A DNA stretch of 43,263 nt from a virus. Below, one piece after another: positions 16,686 through 25,920 of this stretch; positions within the stretch are counted from its first letter, which is position 1; each line of letters opens with the position of its first letter. The translations under genes were made by a program, and so were the position numbers. Under the pieces are notes generated by a model that saw only the letters and a program-made list of their open reading frames with translations, had not been told where the DNA came from and did not search any database. The stretch lies in IMG/VR virus record IMGVR_UViG_3300029351_000004, positions 1 through 43,263 of that record. One strand, written 5' to 3'.

Positions 16686-19089
16686 CCCGCACGAAGCCCC
16701 TCTGCGCTCCGCAATAGCCGTATTTCAGCGGCTGCGCCGTGCGTTTCCACCCGGGCGCCGCGGCGATGACCGCGTTGATCTCCTGGGTGTCAGTGTACTT
16801 TATATCCTTCTTTTGCCCCTCGAACAGCTCACACCAGATCTCCAGGGCGCATACCCGCCCCCTCGGCGTCAGCTCCAGCTCCCCGGTCACGCCGGCGGCC
16901 CAGAACATCCGGCGGCGGTCCAAGGGCCATGCGGACCAGTCCTGGGGCACCGGCCGCTCCAGGAAGTCCAGAATCAGCCCCTCCCGGGCGCTGACCTCCC
17001 GGTGGTCCTCTTGCTGGACCTTGGCGGCCTCCTCCAGCTCCCCGGCCAAATAAAGGGGCTCCCCCAGCCGCCAGCGGGCCACGGCCTCGGCCCAGAGCTG
17101 GTCCCGCTCCCGGTCCAGATCCCGCCACACGTTTTTCACCGACGGCCGGCGGCCCACGTCCACCGGCCAGAAGCGGCGGTTGCCGGTCTTATCCTGCAAG
17201 TAGTCCTCCGTATTGGTGGTGCCGAAGAACACGCAGCACCGGGGCATCTCCTTCACATGGCGGCCGTAGGCGGCCCGGAAGCGGTCCACCCGCAGGCTCA
17301 AAAACTGCTTGATGCGGGAGACGTCTGTCCTCCGGAAGGCGTCCAACTCAGAGATCTCCACCAGCCACACGCCCTGAAGCAGCTCACTGGCCTCCTTGCC
17401 CTCGAAGGTCCTGATGCTGTCGTTGAACCACCCCCGGGACATCTTATCCAGCAGGGTGCTCTTGCCGATGCCCTGGGGCCCCGAGAGTATGGTCATGTTG
17501 TCGAACTTGGTCCCCGGCCGCATGGCGCGGGCCACGGCCGCGGTGAAGGCTTTCCGGGTCACGGCCCGGGTATATGGGGCATCCTCCGCCCCCAGATAGT
17601 CGATGAGAAGGGCGTCCAGCCGGGGCACGCCGTCCCACTCCAGGCCGCCCAGATAGGCGGTGATCTCGTTGAAGGCGTGCTTCTCGCTGTGCAGGGACAG
17701 CGCCCCGTCAATCTTGGCGGTGCCGGTGATTTGATAATACTTCTCCAGATACCAGTAGAGGCCCGCACTGTCCGTGTCGCTCCACAGCCGCCGTCCGGCC
17801 TGTTCCGCCCAGGGCAGCGGCCCCAGAATTTCCCCGCGGCCGGCAAAGGCGTTCAGGGCAAATTTCCCCCGCAGGCGGGGGTCGTGCTCCAGGATGAGCC
17901 ACACGTTGTCGATGGTGGACTGGGGCACGCCGGTCTTTGCGCTGACCTTCAGGAGATTCATCCAGGCGGTGTCCTCCGGCTCCCCATCGGCTCCGGGCTC
18001 CCCGTCCTGGGCGGCGGTGAAACCCTCCGTGGCCTCCTCCCACCGCTCCTTCAGCAGCAGGCCGGATACCTCTTTGTCCTGGGTGGCCGTCTCGCACATG
18101 GCGGCGTAACTGGGCAGGCGGTTGACAGGCGTGCCCGGCGCGGCCTCGTTGTCCAGGTCCCCGAAGCGGTGGATACGCACCAGGTCAAAGGCATTGACCA
18201 GCCGGCCCCCGCAGGGGTCCGTAGCGTGGTGGGAGTAGAGGAACTTTCCGTTGTCGTACAGCACCGCGCCACCGGTGGTGGACCCACCAGTAAAGGTGAA
18301 GCGCCCGGGCATGGTATCCACCGGTTCATATATCCCGGGCAGGAAGGCGGCCATGGCGTGTTCGATGTCGTAGATGCGGCAGAACGCCCCGACAACACCC
18401 TTTTTGGCCTCCGGGTCTCCCTGCTTGGCCGCCAGCCGCGCGGGGCCCACAGCCCCCGGCACGGCCGGCCAGGAGGCATAATCCCTCCAATCTGGATACT
18501 TGGCCAGCACTCCGTCCACGGACAGCAGAGGCTTGTCGGCGGGCTGATAGACATATTGGCCGTCGGCGCAGCAGGAGGGCCAGTACATCAGCCGGGACAC
18601 CTCGAAGGTGGAGGGGTCGCACAGCTCCATGCCGATCCACTCCGCCAGCTTCCGGGCGCAAGGCTCATACTCGTCGGCGGTACAGGTCCGGTCCAGGGGC
18701 AGCAGCACCCGCAGCCGGGGCGCGGCCGGGTGGTGCTTGCGGGTGGAGTACACGCAGTAGCCGCACCCCAGTCCCTCCACCCGCCGCAGCACGTCATCGG
18801 TGCCGCCGGCCGGTATGTTGTCCAGGTCCAGGGTCAGCACATCCCGGCCGGCGACGGCGCCAACCTTGCGGCGGGGACCGTTCAGGGCCCCCGCCACATA
18901 GCCGCCCACGTCTTTCAGCTCATCCTGCTGTCCCTTGGGCAGGGCGAAATAGGCCGCCATGGTCTCGGTGCTTCTGACCGGCGTGGCAAGCCGGGCGTAC
19001 AACTCAGAGATACGCATGGTCTGCGCCTGCCACCGGGCCGCCCGTCGGCTCGTCCCCACCGATATGGTAATTTGTCTGTCGTTCGTCAT
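16681..19089 (-). CDS. DNA primase/helicase (802 aa; primase-polymerase-like N-terminus plus VirE/D5-type P-loop ATPase)
   Basis: ILSGPQGIGKSTLLDKM (Walker A), VWLVEISELD (Walker B-like), and conserved blocks typical of VirE-family phage primases. Confidence 0.85.
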   Translation of the reverse strand: MTNDRQITISVGTSRRAARWQAQTMRISELYARLATPVRSTETMAAYFALPKGQQDELKDVGGYVAGALNGPRRKVGAVAGRDVLTLDLDNIPAGGTDDVLRRVEGLGCGYCVYSTRKHHPAAPRLRVLLPLDRTCTADEYEPCARKLAEWIGMELCDPSTFEVSRLMYWPSCCADGQYVYQPADKPLLSVDGVLAKYPDWRDYASWPAVPGAVGPARLAAKQGDPEAKKGVVGAFCRIYDIEHAMAAFLPGIYEPVDTMPGRFTFTGGSTTGGAVLYDNGKFLYSHHATDPCGGRLVNAFDLVRIHRFGDLDNEAAPGTPVNRLPSYAAMCETATQDKEVSGLLLKERWEEATEGFTAAQDGEPGADGEPEDTAWMNLLKVSAKTGVPQSTIDNVWLILEHDPRLRGKFALNAFAGRGEILGPLPWAEQAGRRLWSDTDSAGLYWYLEKYYQITGTAKIDGALSLHSEKHAFNEITAYLGGLEWDGVPRLDALLIDYLGAEDAPYTRAVTRKAFTAAVARAMRPGTKFDNMTILSGPQGIGKSTLLDKMSRGWFNDSIRTFEGKEASELLQGVWLVEISELDAFRRTDVSRIKQFLSLRVDRFRAAYGRHVKEMPRCCVFFGTTNTEDYLQDKTGNRRFWPVDVGRRPSVKNVWRDLDRERDQLWAEAVARWRLGEPLYLAGELEEAAKVQQEDHREVSAREGLILDFLERPVPQDWSAWPLDRRRMFWAAGVTGELELTPRGRVCALEIWCELFEGQKKDIKYTDTQEINAVIAAAPGWKRTAQPLKYGYCGAQRGFVRG

Positions 19090-19106
19090 GCCCGGCGGAC
19101 TCCTTT

Positions 19107-21137
19107 CTAGTCCTTCTTAAAGAACGGGTTCACCCACCCGTCCGCATTCAGCGGCAGCCCCGGGGCCCACACCGGCGCCTGGCGCATGATGCCTACCACA
19201 TCCTCCAAGCGGTCCTTTCCGGGCCCGGCGTCAATCACCACTTCATCATGGACGTGGAACACCACGTGGTACCCGACGGCCTCCAGGCGCTCCACGGCCT
19301 CGGCCAGACAGTCCCGGGCGGTAGCCTGGGTGATGTTCTCTACGAGCTTGCCGCCGTAGGTCTCCAGCTCCTGCCACTTCTTCGTGGTCTGGTTCTGCCC
19401 CCAATAGCAGAGGGACGGCTGCCCAAAGCGGTTGATGCCCATGTGCGGCCCGGGGTAGTAGAGCTTGCGGCCGTTGGGCAGCCGGATGGTCATGAAGTCC
19501 AGCTCGTTTCCCGGGTCGCACTCCCGGGCGAAGGCCAGCCGCCCGTCCCACAGCTCCACCCGGCGGCCGGTGTTCACGGCCTCCTTGGCGGCGGCGTCCA
19601 CCGTGTACCAGAACTGGACGATAGCGGGGTTGGCCCGCCGCCAGCGGTCCCGGATGTCCAGCAGCTCCTCTTCTGGGGTCTCCCCCGGAAGGTGGCCGGC
19701 GGTAATGAGCGCGGATGCCCCGCCGCCGTACCCCAGGGCCAGGGTAGCCGCCTTGCCATACTGGCGCAGGGCATACTCTTCGTTGCCCTTCTTGATGCGC
19801 TCCATGGGCACGTCGTAAAGCTGGGAGGCGGTGGCCTCGTAGATCTTCCCGTGGGTGCGAAAGACTTCCAGCACCCACTCCTCCCCGGCCAGCCAAGCCA
19901 CCACCCGGGCCTCGATGGCGGAAAAGTCGGCGTCCACCAGGGTATGCCCCGGCACCGCCACGAAGGCTGTGCGGATAAGCTGGGACAGGGTATCGGGGAC
20001 ACTGCCAAACACTGCCCGCAGGCCGTCGATGTGCCGGCGCTTTACCAGGTCCCGAGCCAGGGGCAGCAGGTCCCCGTCAATGTAGGTCCGGGGCAGGTTC
20101 TGGGGCTGGACGATGCGTCCGGCCCACCGCCCGGTGCGGTTGGCCCCGTAGAACTGGAGCAGCCCCCGCACGCGCCCGTCCGCGCACACGGCGTGTTCCA
20201 GCGCGTTGTATTTCTTCGTACTGGTCTTGCCCAGTTCCCGGCGGATCTCCAGCATCCGCCGGGCCTTATCCCCGGGCAGTTCCCGACCCAGCAGCTCGTT
20301 CACGGTGGCCTTGCGCAGGTCCGCCACCTCCTCGCCGGTCTCCTCCTGGAGCCACTTGGCGAGTTGGGCCACACTGTTGGGGTTCTCCAGCCCGGTGAGC
20401 TGCACGGCCTCCTGGATGTATCGGGCCCGCACGGCGCTGTCGATCTCCAGCGCCCCGGCCACCAGCTCCGTGTCCACGCCCACCCCGCGCAGATTGATGA
20501 TCTGGTCGGTCACCCACTGGGCCTGGACCGCCTCGGGCACCGGGAAGCCGGACAGACGGCGGTCAATCTCCATCTCCGTCACCACGTCCTGGCCGTTGTA
20601 GGTCTTGAACAGCTCCCATTTGGCTGGATCGTGGCGGGGCAGGTTCCGGGCGCGGCCGCCGTTGCTCTTGGTGGGGGCGCAGGGCACGCAAAAGTATTTT
20701 ATGAGGGCCTTGCCAGCCGCCAGCTTCTGTTTATCCTGGGGCAGCCCCAGCGCCTTGCCCGTAGCGTCCAGGCCGGCGGGATAGCCGCAGTAGAGGCCGT
20801 GAAGCATGGTGCAGCGCCACTGTGGCAGCCATCGCTCCGGCGGGTAGCCGGGATTGCGGTCGAGGCCAAAATAACGGGACAGGCAGTACCACTCAAACGG
20901 CGCGTTGTACGCATGCTTGATACAAGCGGGGTCAAAGAGCCGCCGCATGACCTCCTGGGGCAGGTAGGTCCCCGGTTCGGTCAGGTCCACTACCTGTACC
21001 GGCCCGCCGTCGAGACTGTACGCAAATAGGAGGACGGCAAAGGCCGGGCTCTGGGCGTACCGATAGAGCCCGGCCTTGCCAATATCCACGTCGCTGTACG
21101 TCTCAATGTCGATGGACAAGTGATGCACAGCGTCCAT
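19107..21137 (-). CDS. Family A DNA polymerase with 3'-5' exonuclease domain (676 aa)
   Basis: LSIDIETYS (Exo I), DFSAIEARVVAWL (motif A), YGKAATLALGYGGG (motif B region), HVHDEVVID (motif C). Confidence 0.92.
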   Translation of the reverse strand: MDAVHHLSIDIETYSDVDIGKAGLYRYAQSPAFAVLLFAYSLDGGPVQVVDLTEPGTYLPQEVMRRLFDPACIKHAYNAPFEWYCLSRYFGLDRNPGYPPERWLPQWRCTMLHGLYCGYPAGLDATGKALGLPQDKQKLAAGKALIKYFCVPCAPTKSNGGRARNLPRHDPAKWELFKTYNGQDVVTEMEIDRRLSGFPVPEAVQAQWVTDQIINLRGVGVDTELVAGALEIDSAVRARYIQEAVQLTGLENPNSVAQLAKWLQEETGEEVADLRKATVNELLGRELPGDKARRMLEIRRELGKTSTKKYNALEHAVCADGRVRGLLQFYGANRTGRWAGRIVQPQNLPRTYIDGDLLPLARDLVKRRHIDGLRAVFGSVPDTLSQLIRTAFVAVPGHTLVDADFSAIEARVVAWLAGEEWVLEVFRTHGKIYEATASQLYDVPMERIKKGNEEYALRQYGKAATLALGYGGGASALITAGHLPGETPEEELLDIRDRWRRANPAIVQFWYTVDAAAKEAVNTGRRVELWDGRLAFARECDPGNELDFMTIRLPNGRKLYYPGPHMGINRFGQPSLCYWGQNQTTKKWQELETYGGKLVENITQATARDCLAEAVERLEAVGYHVVFHVHDEVVIDAGPGKDRLEDVVGIMRQAPVWAPGLPLNADGWVNPFFKKD

Positions 21138-21140
21138 GGC

Positions 21141-21911
21141 TTACAGGCCCATGATGGGGGCGCCGGAGGGGTTGTACCCGCCCGGGGCACGCCCCATCCG
21201 TACGTCGGCTTCGCCTCCAACGGCTGGGCTGTAGCCCTGGGGGGCCATGGGCTGGCCGGTGATGGGGTCGACCGCAGGGGCGGCGGGCTGGCCGTAGCCG
21301 GGCGCAGGAGCTACGGGAGCGCCCCAGGGGGCCGTGCCGGGGGCTACCGGCTGGCCGTAGGCTGACGCGGGAGCGGCAGGGGCGACGGGCTTAAAAGCCT
21401 CCTCAGCGGTCACATGGGCGGACAGGGGCGTGTCGTCACGAATTTTCTGCACGCCGTTCAGACCGCAGCCAATCCCCTTCTTCCCCGCCTGGTTGTAGGC
21501 AAAGAAGTTGACACTCACGTTACCCCACATTCCGGAGTAGATCACCCGGGGGTCCATAATGTTCTGTACGTTGGCATCCACCACGAAGGGCGCCTGCTTG
21601 CTAGAGGCGGTGAAGACCCAGCAGCCCCGGCACTCCTCTCCGTAGGTCATCCCATCGCTGGGCCTCACGCCGTCCCCGTCGTGGACGCAGACATTGGGCA
21701 CAGGCGGCATCTGACCGTTCCACTTGGCGTTCACGCCCGCCTGGATAGCCTCCTGGATGGCGGCGTCCATGGCTGCCTTGGCTGCCGCGTTGGTTTTGGG
21801 CACCAAGACGGTTACGCTGTACTTGGGCTCCCCGTTGGGGTTGTTGATGGGTGCCTTGGGCTGAAACAGATTGCAGTAGGAAAAACGCACATTGTTAAGG
21901 GTAGTAGCCAT
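21141..21911 (-). CDS. DUF2815-type ssDNA-binding protein with a P/G/A/Q-rich tail
   Basis: Trimmed to MATTLNNVRFSYCNLFQPK, which follows AAAAGGAGATTAACTGAT. The typical DUF2815 N-terminus and its synteny with DUF2800 and PolA support the call. Confidence 0.75.
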   Translation of the reverse strand: MATTLNNVRFSYCNLFQPKAPINNPNGEPKYSVTVLVPKTNAAAKAAMDAAIQEAIQAGVNAKWNGQMPPVPNVCVHDGDGVRPSDGMTYGEECRGCWVFTASSKQAPFVVDANVQNIMDPRVIYSGMWGNVSVNFFAYNQAGKKGIGCGLNGVQKIRDDTPLSAHVTAEEAFKPVAPAAPASAYGQPVAPGTAPWGAPVAPAPGYGQPAAPAVDPITGQPMAPQGYSPAVGGEADVRMGRAPGGYNPSGAPIMGL

Positions 21912-21987
21912 ATCAGTTAATCTCCTTTTCATATAGCCCGCAGGGGCTTTCATTTCAAGAATCCGGTCAATGTATGCGTCGGCGAGC

Positions 21988-23226
21988 TCACCCATTTCCC
22001 ACGCCTCCGAAAGCGAGCTGGGCGGCGTTGTACGGCGGGCGCCTGTCGCTCTCTGGGGCCAGGGCAGGCTTGCCGGGTTTCTTGGTCACCAAGTCCCCGG
22101 CTATCTCTGCGAAGGGTCCCTTGCCCAAGGCTTTCTCCAGCGCCGGAGGTGTGACCGGCCTTCTCTCATACAGCATAGCCTCCGCCACGCCGCGCTCCTG
22201 TAAGATCTGAAGCGCGGCGTCCAGGTCGGTCCAGTCCCGGGAACCGCGCCCCTCCACCACCTTGAAACCGGGGATGTCCCAACCGTCCAGTAGTGCGGAG
22301 AGGGCGTAGTCCTTTAGCTCGTTGTACCAAGCCACCAAATTCGCCCCGCGCTCCAGGATGTCACCCACTTCGGCGTTAGTCAGGACCGCGTTGGTTTGAA
22401 GGTCGGTATACTCGGTCTGAAATTGAGTTTCGCCGGCTTTTATCACATTGAGCTTTAAATAGCGGTCGCTGTACGTTTCCAACTCCAGCATTTTAGCCGC
22501 CCGAGCGGAGCAACGCGCCCCGGCTGGGCAGAATCGGCACCACTCACCGGGTGCAAACTCTCCGCCCCCAGCGTAGGCCAGGGCCGCACGGGGCTGCACA
22601 TAGTTCAGGCCCCACGCCTCCAGCTCCGCCCGGGTGCAGCTCCACTCCTTCACACCGCCGGCGTTGGGCTGGATGATGGCCAAATGGATTTCTTGGATGG
22701 TATCACCGTAGATGGGCGCATAGAGCTTCAGGGCGCCCAGGGCGTAGAGCATCATCTGGCTGTTGTTCTCGGCCTCCACCGGCACCCCGGCCCCGTTCTT
22801 GTAGTCGTTGACACAGAGCCGGCGGCCGCCGATCATGATGCAATCCGCCGTCCCAAATCCTTCCGGGGCGTAGTCGCTAAAGTCCACACGGGTCTCCAGC
22901 GCCACGAAGGGCTGCGCCGCGCCGAAGCGCATCGCCAGGGCCTTCAAGTAGTCCAGATATTCGTCCGTGGAAGCGTCCATGCCCTTGTCGTAGCTGGGGT
23001 CCTCCTTCAGCTTCTTCATCCGGGCGTTGTAAGTACGGGTGCTCATGGGTTCCAGAAAATATTTGCGGGCTTTCAGCTCCGCGATGGCGTGGGCCAGTGT
23101 ACCGGCCGCCGCATACGCGCTTCCGGTGTCGGGGAACTGCTCCCCCAGACGCGCGGAGGGCGGGCAGTGCAGCCACCGCTCCGAGCTGGACGCGGAGAGA
23201 AGCGCGTGCTGGTCAGGTGTCGGCAT
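21988..23226 (-). CDS. DUF2800-type PD-(D/E)xK nuclease (Cas4/RecB-like)
   Basis: MPTPDQHALLSASSSERWLHCPPSARL...AAGTLAHAIAE, a C-terminal Cys cluster (CRFCPAGARC), and the expected synteny. Confidence 0.75.
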   Translation of the reverse strand: MPTPDQHALLSASSSERWLHCPPSARLGEQFPDTGSAYAAAGTLAHAIAELKARKYFLEPMSTRTYNARMKKLKEDPSYDKGMDASTDEYLDYLKALAMRFGAAQPFVALETRVDFSDYAPEGFGTADCIMIGGRRLCVNDYKNGAGVPVEAENNSQMMLYALGALKLYAPIYGDTIQEIHLAIIQPNAGGVKEWSCTRAELEAWGLNYVQPRAALAYAGGGEFAPGEWCRFCPAGARCSARAAKMLELETYSDRYLKLNVIKAGETQFQTEYTDLQTNAVLTNAEVGDILERGANLVAWYNELKDYALSALLDGWDIPGFKVVEGRGSRDWTDLDAALQILQERGVAEAMLYERRPVTPPALEKALGKGPFAEIAGDLVTKKPGKPALAPESDRRPPYNAAQLAFGGVGNG

Positions 23227-23410
23227 GATCTTCATCCTCCATATGCTCCAGTGCATAGTCGACGCACTGTTCCACAATGTTGCCCAGGGGCAGTCCCGTC
23301 CGGGCCTTGAGCACGCTCAGGGTCTGATAGTAGGTGGGCTTCAACCGGATGATCGGCTGCTTGTTGAAGCTGTCGTCCGGGTAGGGCATTTTCAGCTTGA
23401 AAGGCTCCAT
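23213..23410 (-). CDS. Hypothetical small protein (65 aa)
   Basis: Track ORF, translationally coupled to its neighbours. Confidence 0.5.
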   Translation of the reverse strand: MEPFKLKMPYPDDSFNKQPIIRLKPTYYQTLSVLKARTGLPLGNIVEQCVDYALEHMEDEDHADT

Positions 23411-23848
23411 TTAGATCTCCGCCCCCAGTCCCCGCAGCGCAGTGGCGAAGGCTCCCAACTGCTCCGGCTTTAGCGCAGTGATGGCGGGAACGCTGAATTG
23501 CTGAAGCAGAGACATAAGCTCCTGCATCTTGGCCGGGTTCGCCGCGATCAGATCCGCGCCGGCCTTACCTACTTGTTCGTGGGTGTAACTGGGGGGCGGG
23601 GCCACGGGTGCGGGCCCAGGGCCGGGGACGCACCCCGGCGTCTGTGTGGGGTTAATAGGGGCTGCCGTCCCACTGGTTGGCACAGCGGCCGCGGGCGCAG
23701 GATAGGGGGCAGGGTCCCCCATGGGGGCAGCAGGAGGGGTTACCGGGGCGGCGGGCGGGGTCTGTTCGCGGCAGGCGATAGCCGCGGCAAGATGTTCCAG
23801 CGCGGCGGCCAGCCCAGGAACCTCAATGGTCAGTTTTCCTTCAAACAT
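23411..23848 (-). CDS. Hypothetical protein with a Pro/Ala-rich linker
   Basis: Trimmed to MFEGKLTIEV, which follows GAGGAGG. Confidence 0.5.
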   Translation of the reverse strand: MFEGKLTIEVPGLAAALEHLAAAIACREQTPPAAPVTPPAAPMGDPAPYPAPAAAVPTSGTAAPINPTQTPGCVPGPGPAPVAPPPSYTHEQVGKAGADLIAANPAKMQELMSLLQQFSVPAITALKPEQLGAFATALRGLGAEI

Positions 23849-24020
23849 TTTCAGCGTCCTCCTCAATATTGACGATGATCCCCTTCTTGGGGTCGATACC
23901 GGCGTTGTTCACATCGGCCTTCTTCAGGTACAGGGTAATGAGGTTGCCGGCGTCGTCCCGGCGCTCGAATCGGAAGCAGGTCTTGGTCTCGTTTTTCAGT
24001 CTCATGGATAGTGTAAGCAT
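23841..24020 (-). CDS. Hypothetical small protein (59 aa)
   Basis: Trimmed to MLTLSMRLKNETK, which follows AAAGGAA. Confidence 0.45.
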   Translation of the reverse strand: MLTLSMRLKNETKTCFRFERRDDAGNLITLYLKKADVNNAGIDPKKGIIVNIEEDAENV

Positions 24021-24110
24021 CTTGACAATTCCTTTCTGTCGCCCCATAATAAAGGTGTATCTGTTTCCATTGCCGCCGTCAGAGCTCAGCCCCTCTGGCG
24101 GCGGCGCTTT

Positions 24111-24701
24111 TTATGCCCGCTCCGTCAATTTTTCGAGCATTTCCCGCCAGTTTTTGGGCGGGGAGATGGTCTCCCAGTAGCACACCGTGGATTGGACCAC
24201 TCCCAGCAGCTCGGCAGCCTCCCTTTGCGTCAGCCCCAGAGCAATACGAGCGTCACGCAGCTTGCGCTTGCCCTCGGCGATCTCCTCCCTGTGGGCCTCG
24301 TAGTACCGGCGCTGGGCCTCAGCGAGCTCCTCCTTGTGGGTCTCGCGGTACCGGCGCTTGCCCTCGGCGATCTCCTCCTTGTGGGCCTCGCGGTACCGGC
24401 GCTGGTACTCGACGATCTCCTCCTTGTGGGCCTCGCGGTACCGGCGCTGGTACTCGACGATCTCCTCCTTGTGGGCCTCGTAGTACCGGCGCTGGGCCTC
24501 AGCGATCTCCTCCTTGTGGGCCTCGCGGTACCGGCGCTGGGCCTCAGCGATCCGCTTTTGCTTTGAGTCCATGCGGCCCAGGATGGCCTCCCGATCAATG
24601 AGCCGCCCAAGCGCAATGTCGGCATTTGTAACGCAAAATGTAGACTCGATCTCTGCGTCGGCACGGGCCATTTCTGCCAGCTCTGCGGGGGTGAATCCCA
24701 T
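24111..24701 (-). CDS. HTH (XRE-like, C-terminal) protein with six tandem 15-aa charged repeats
   Basis: Repeats of QRRYREAHKEEI(A/V)E(A/Y/G). The C-terminal HTH is LGLTQREAAELLGVVQSTVCYWE. Start trimmed to MGFTPAEL, which follows AAAGGAG. Confidence 0.7.
   Translation of the reverse strand: MGFTPAELAEMARADAEIESTFCVTNADIALGRLIDREAILGRMDSKQKRIAEAQRRYREAHKEEIAEAQRRYYEAHKEEIVEYQRRYREAHKEEIVEYQRRYREAHKEEIAEGKRRYRETHKEELAEAQRRYYEAHREEIAEGKRKLRDARIALGLTQREAAELLGVVQSTVCYWETISPPKNWREMLEKLTERA
24270..24539. repeat. Tandem 45-bp repeat x6 (in frame, inside CDS 24111..24701)
   Basis: Units start at 24270, 24315, 24360, 24405, 24450 and 24495. Only a few substitutions separate the units. Confidence 0.95.
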
Positions 24702-24733
24702 TGACAAGTCATCTCCTTTCTGCGCGGCGCTTT

Positions 24734-24883
24734 TTATGTCGGCTCCGCCTCCGCCCACTTGGCCGACTGGATCACCCGTTTGCGGGGGCCATAGTCAAAG
24801 ACCACCAACCGCATCCCATCCGGCGTCCGGGCCTCCACCTTCCACCCGCCGTCCATGGCCTCCACTTTTACGATCTTGTTCAT
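24734..24883 (-). CDS. Hypothetical small protein (49 aa)
   Basis: MNKIVKVEAMDGGWKVEARTPDGMRLVVFDYGPRKRV..., preceded by AAAGGAGG 6 nt upstream. Confidence 0.5.
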   Translation of the reverse strand: MNKIVKVEAMDGGWKVEARTPDGMRLVVFDYGPRKRVIQSAKWAEAEPT

Positions 24884-25034
24884 GGTACGCCTCCTTTTTC
24901 TCCAGTATCCATCCGCAGCGCATGTTGCAGTCCTGCGGACAGGCCGCGCAGCATTGATACGGCTCTTCGCAGTAAAATGCCGCCCCGCAGTGCCCCGATG
25001 GGCTGTATCCGGTCCAGCATTCCTGGTTTTGCAT
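24795..25034 (-). CDS. Cys-rich small protein (possible; its 3' part overlaps the next gene and may be non-coding)
   Basis: MQNQECWTGYSPSGHCGAAFYCEEPYQCCAACPQDCNMRCGW looks protein-like. The tail after about residue 50 does not. Confidence 0.35.
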   Translation of the reverse strand: MQNQECWTGYSPSGHCGAAFYCEEPYQCCAACPQDCNMRCGWILEKKEAYHEQDRKSGGHGRRVEGGGPDAGWDAVGGL

Positions 25035-25038
25035 ACGA

Positions 25039-25512
25039 TCATCTCCAGACCGCAGCAGTTTGCACTCCAAAATCTAACGCAGCCCCATGGCTGGCCATGT
25101 AGACGTCCAGGGCTTGTCCATCGATCCCCGCCCCGGTATCCTCCACCACCCTCCAGCCGACGCCCTCTATGTAGATCTCAGTCCCTGCCGGCAGCACGTC
25201 CCAATCCGCCGCCACCGTGCGCCCCTCCTCCGGCACGGTCCCGGAGGCCGTCAGCCCGCCGGACCACTGCCCGCAGCACTTTGCGCATGGGCAATAGGCA
25301 TACACGGTGTACGTGCCCAGGCTCTCAAGCTCCGGCGTATCCGCCTCCATCAGCTCACGTACCAGCACAGGCCCGCCTGGGTGCTTGTCCAGCGTGTGGG
25401 CGATGGCCGGGCCTGTGTCCAGTGCGTTGACCGCGCAGCAGGCCGCAAGGTAGATGGCTGGGATCAGCGCCAGAAGAGCCAGATCGCGACGGAGTGTCTT
25501 TGGTAATATCAT
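25039..25512 (-). CDS. Membrane-anchored 3D-domain (MltA/RlpA-like) protein
   Basis: N-terminal TM segment LALLALIPAIYLAACCAV. GLTASGTVPEEGRTVAADWDVLPAGTEIYIEGVGWRVVEDTGAGIDGQALDVYM matches the 3D domain. Confidence 0.7.
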   Translation of the reverse strand: MILPKTLRRDLALLALIPAIYLAACCAVNALDTGPAIAHTLDKHPGGPVLVRELMEADTPELESLGTYTVYAYCPCAKCCGQWSGGLTASGTVPEEGRTVAADWDVLPAGTEIYIEGVGWRVVEDTGAGIDGQALDVYMASHGAALDFGVQTAAVWR

Positions 25513-25528
25513 TTGGGTGGGGCTCCTT

Positions 25529-25804
25529 TCATGCACTACCCTGGGTTCGCTCATCTGGGCCGTCCGGCGGCTCACGCCACCGCACTTTTACGCTCGTGAG
25601 TTCCAGCCCCTCGCGCTTCATCATGATTCTTGCGGTGTGGATCAAAACTGCCGCTGCAAACTGCTTCCGAAATTCAGGGTCATCCATTTTGTGCTCGGGG
25701 TCTATGAGTACAGCTGCCACGTCTGGGGCCTCCTTTCTAACTCGCGTATTGGTCGCCGCCTCCGGTCTCACAGACCGGGGGGCGGGCTTTTTATGGCCTG
25801 CCAT
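25529..25804 (-). CDS. Hypothetical early protein (91 aa; start uncertain)
   Basis: Track ORF only. Confidence 0.4.
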   Translation of the reverse strand: MAGHKKPAPRSVRPEAATNTRVRKEAPDVAAVLIDPEHKMDDPEFRKQFAAAVLIHTARIMMKREGLELTSVKVRWREPPDGPDERTQGSA

Positions 25805-25920
25805 GCGTCCTTCTCCCCTTCCTTACGCGCTGTCCTGGGCGTCTGTCTTTGAAATAGGATTGTCCTTCTCTTCTGCGCTATGGTATGATTTGAATAATTA
25901 AGATAAAGGAGATTGGGAAA

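Noticed and set aside
16678-19110. Very long plus-strand ORFs mirroring minus-strand genes. Examples: 16678..19110 (810 aa), 39702..42206 (834 aa), 19248..21029 (593 aa), 5540..7198 (552 aa), 38124..39542 (472 aa), 35498..36892 (464 aa), 10469..11668 and 4104..5099.
   Set aside because: Each lies antisense to a gene with clear family motifs (primase, hub protein, polymerase, capsid and so on). Their translations are dominated by G/R/P/L/H/V runs with no motifs, and they lack RBSs. Open antisense frames are expected in GC-rich coding DNA.
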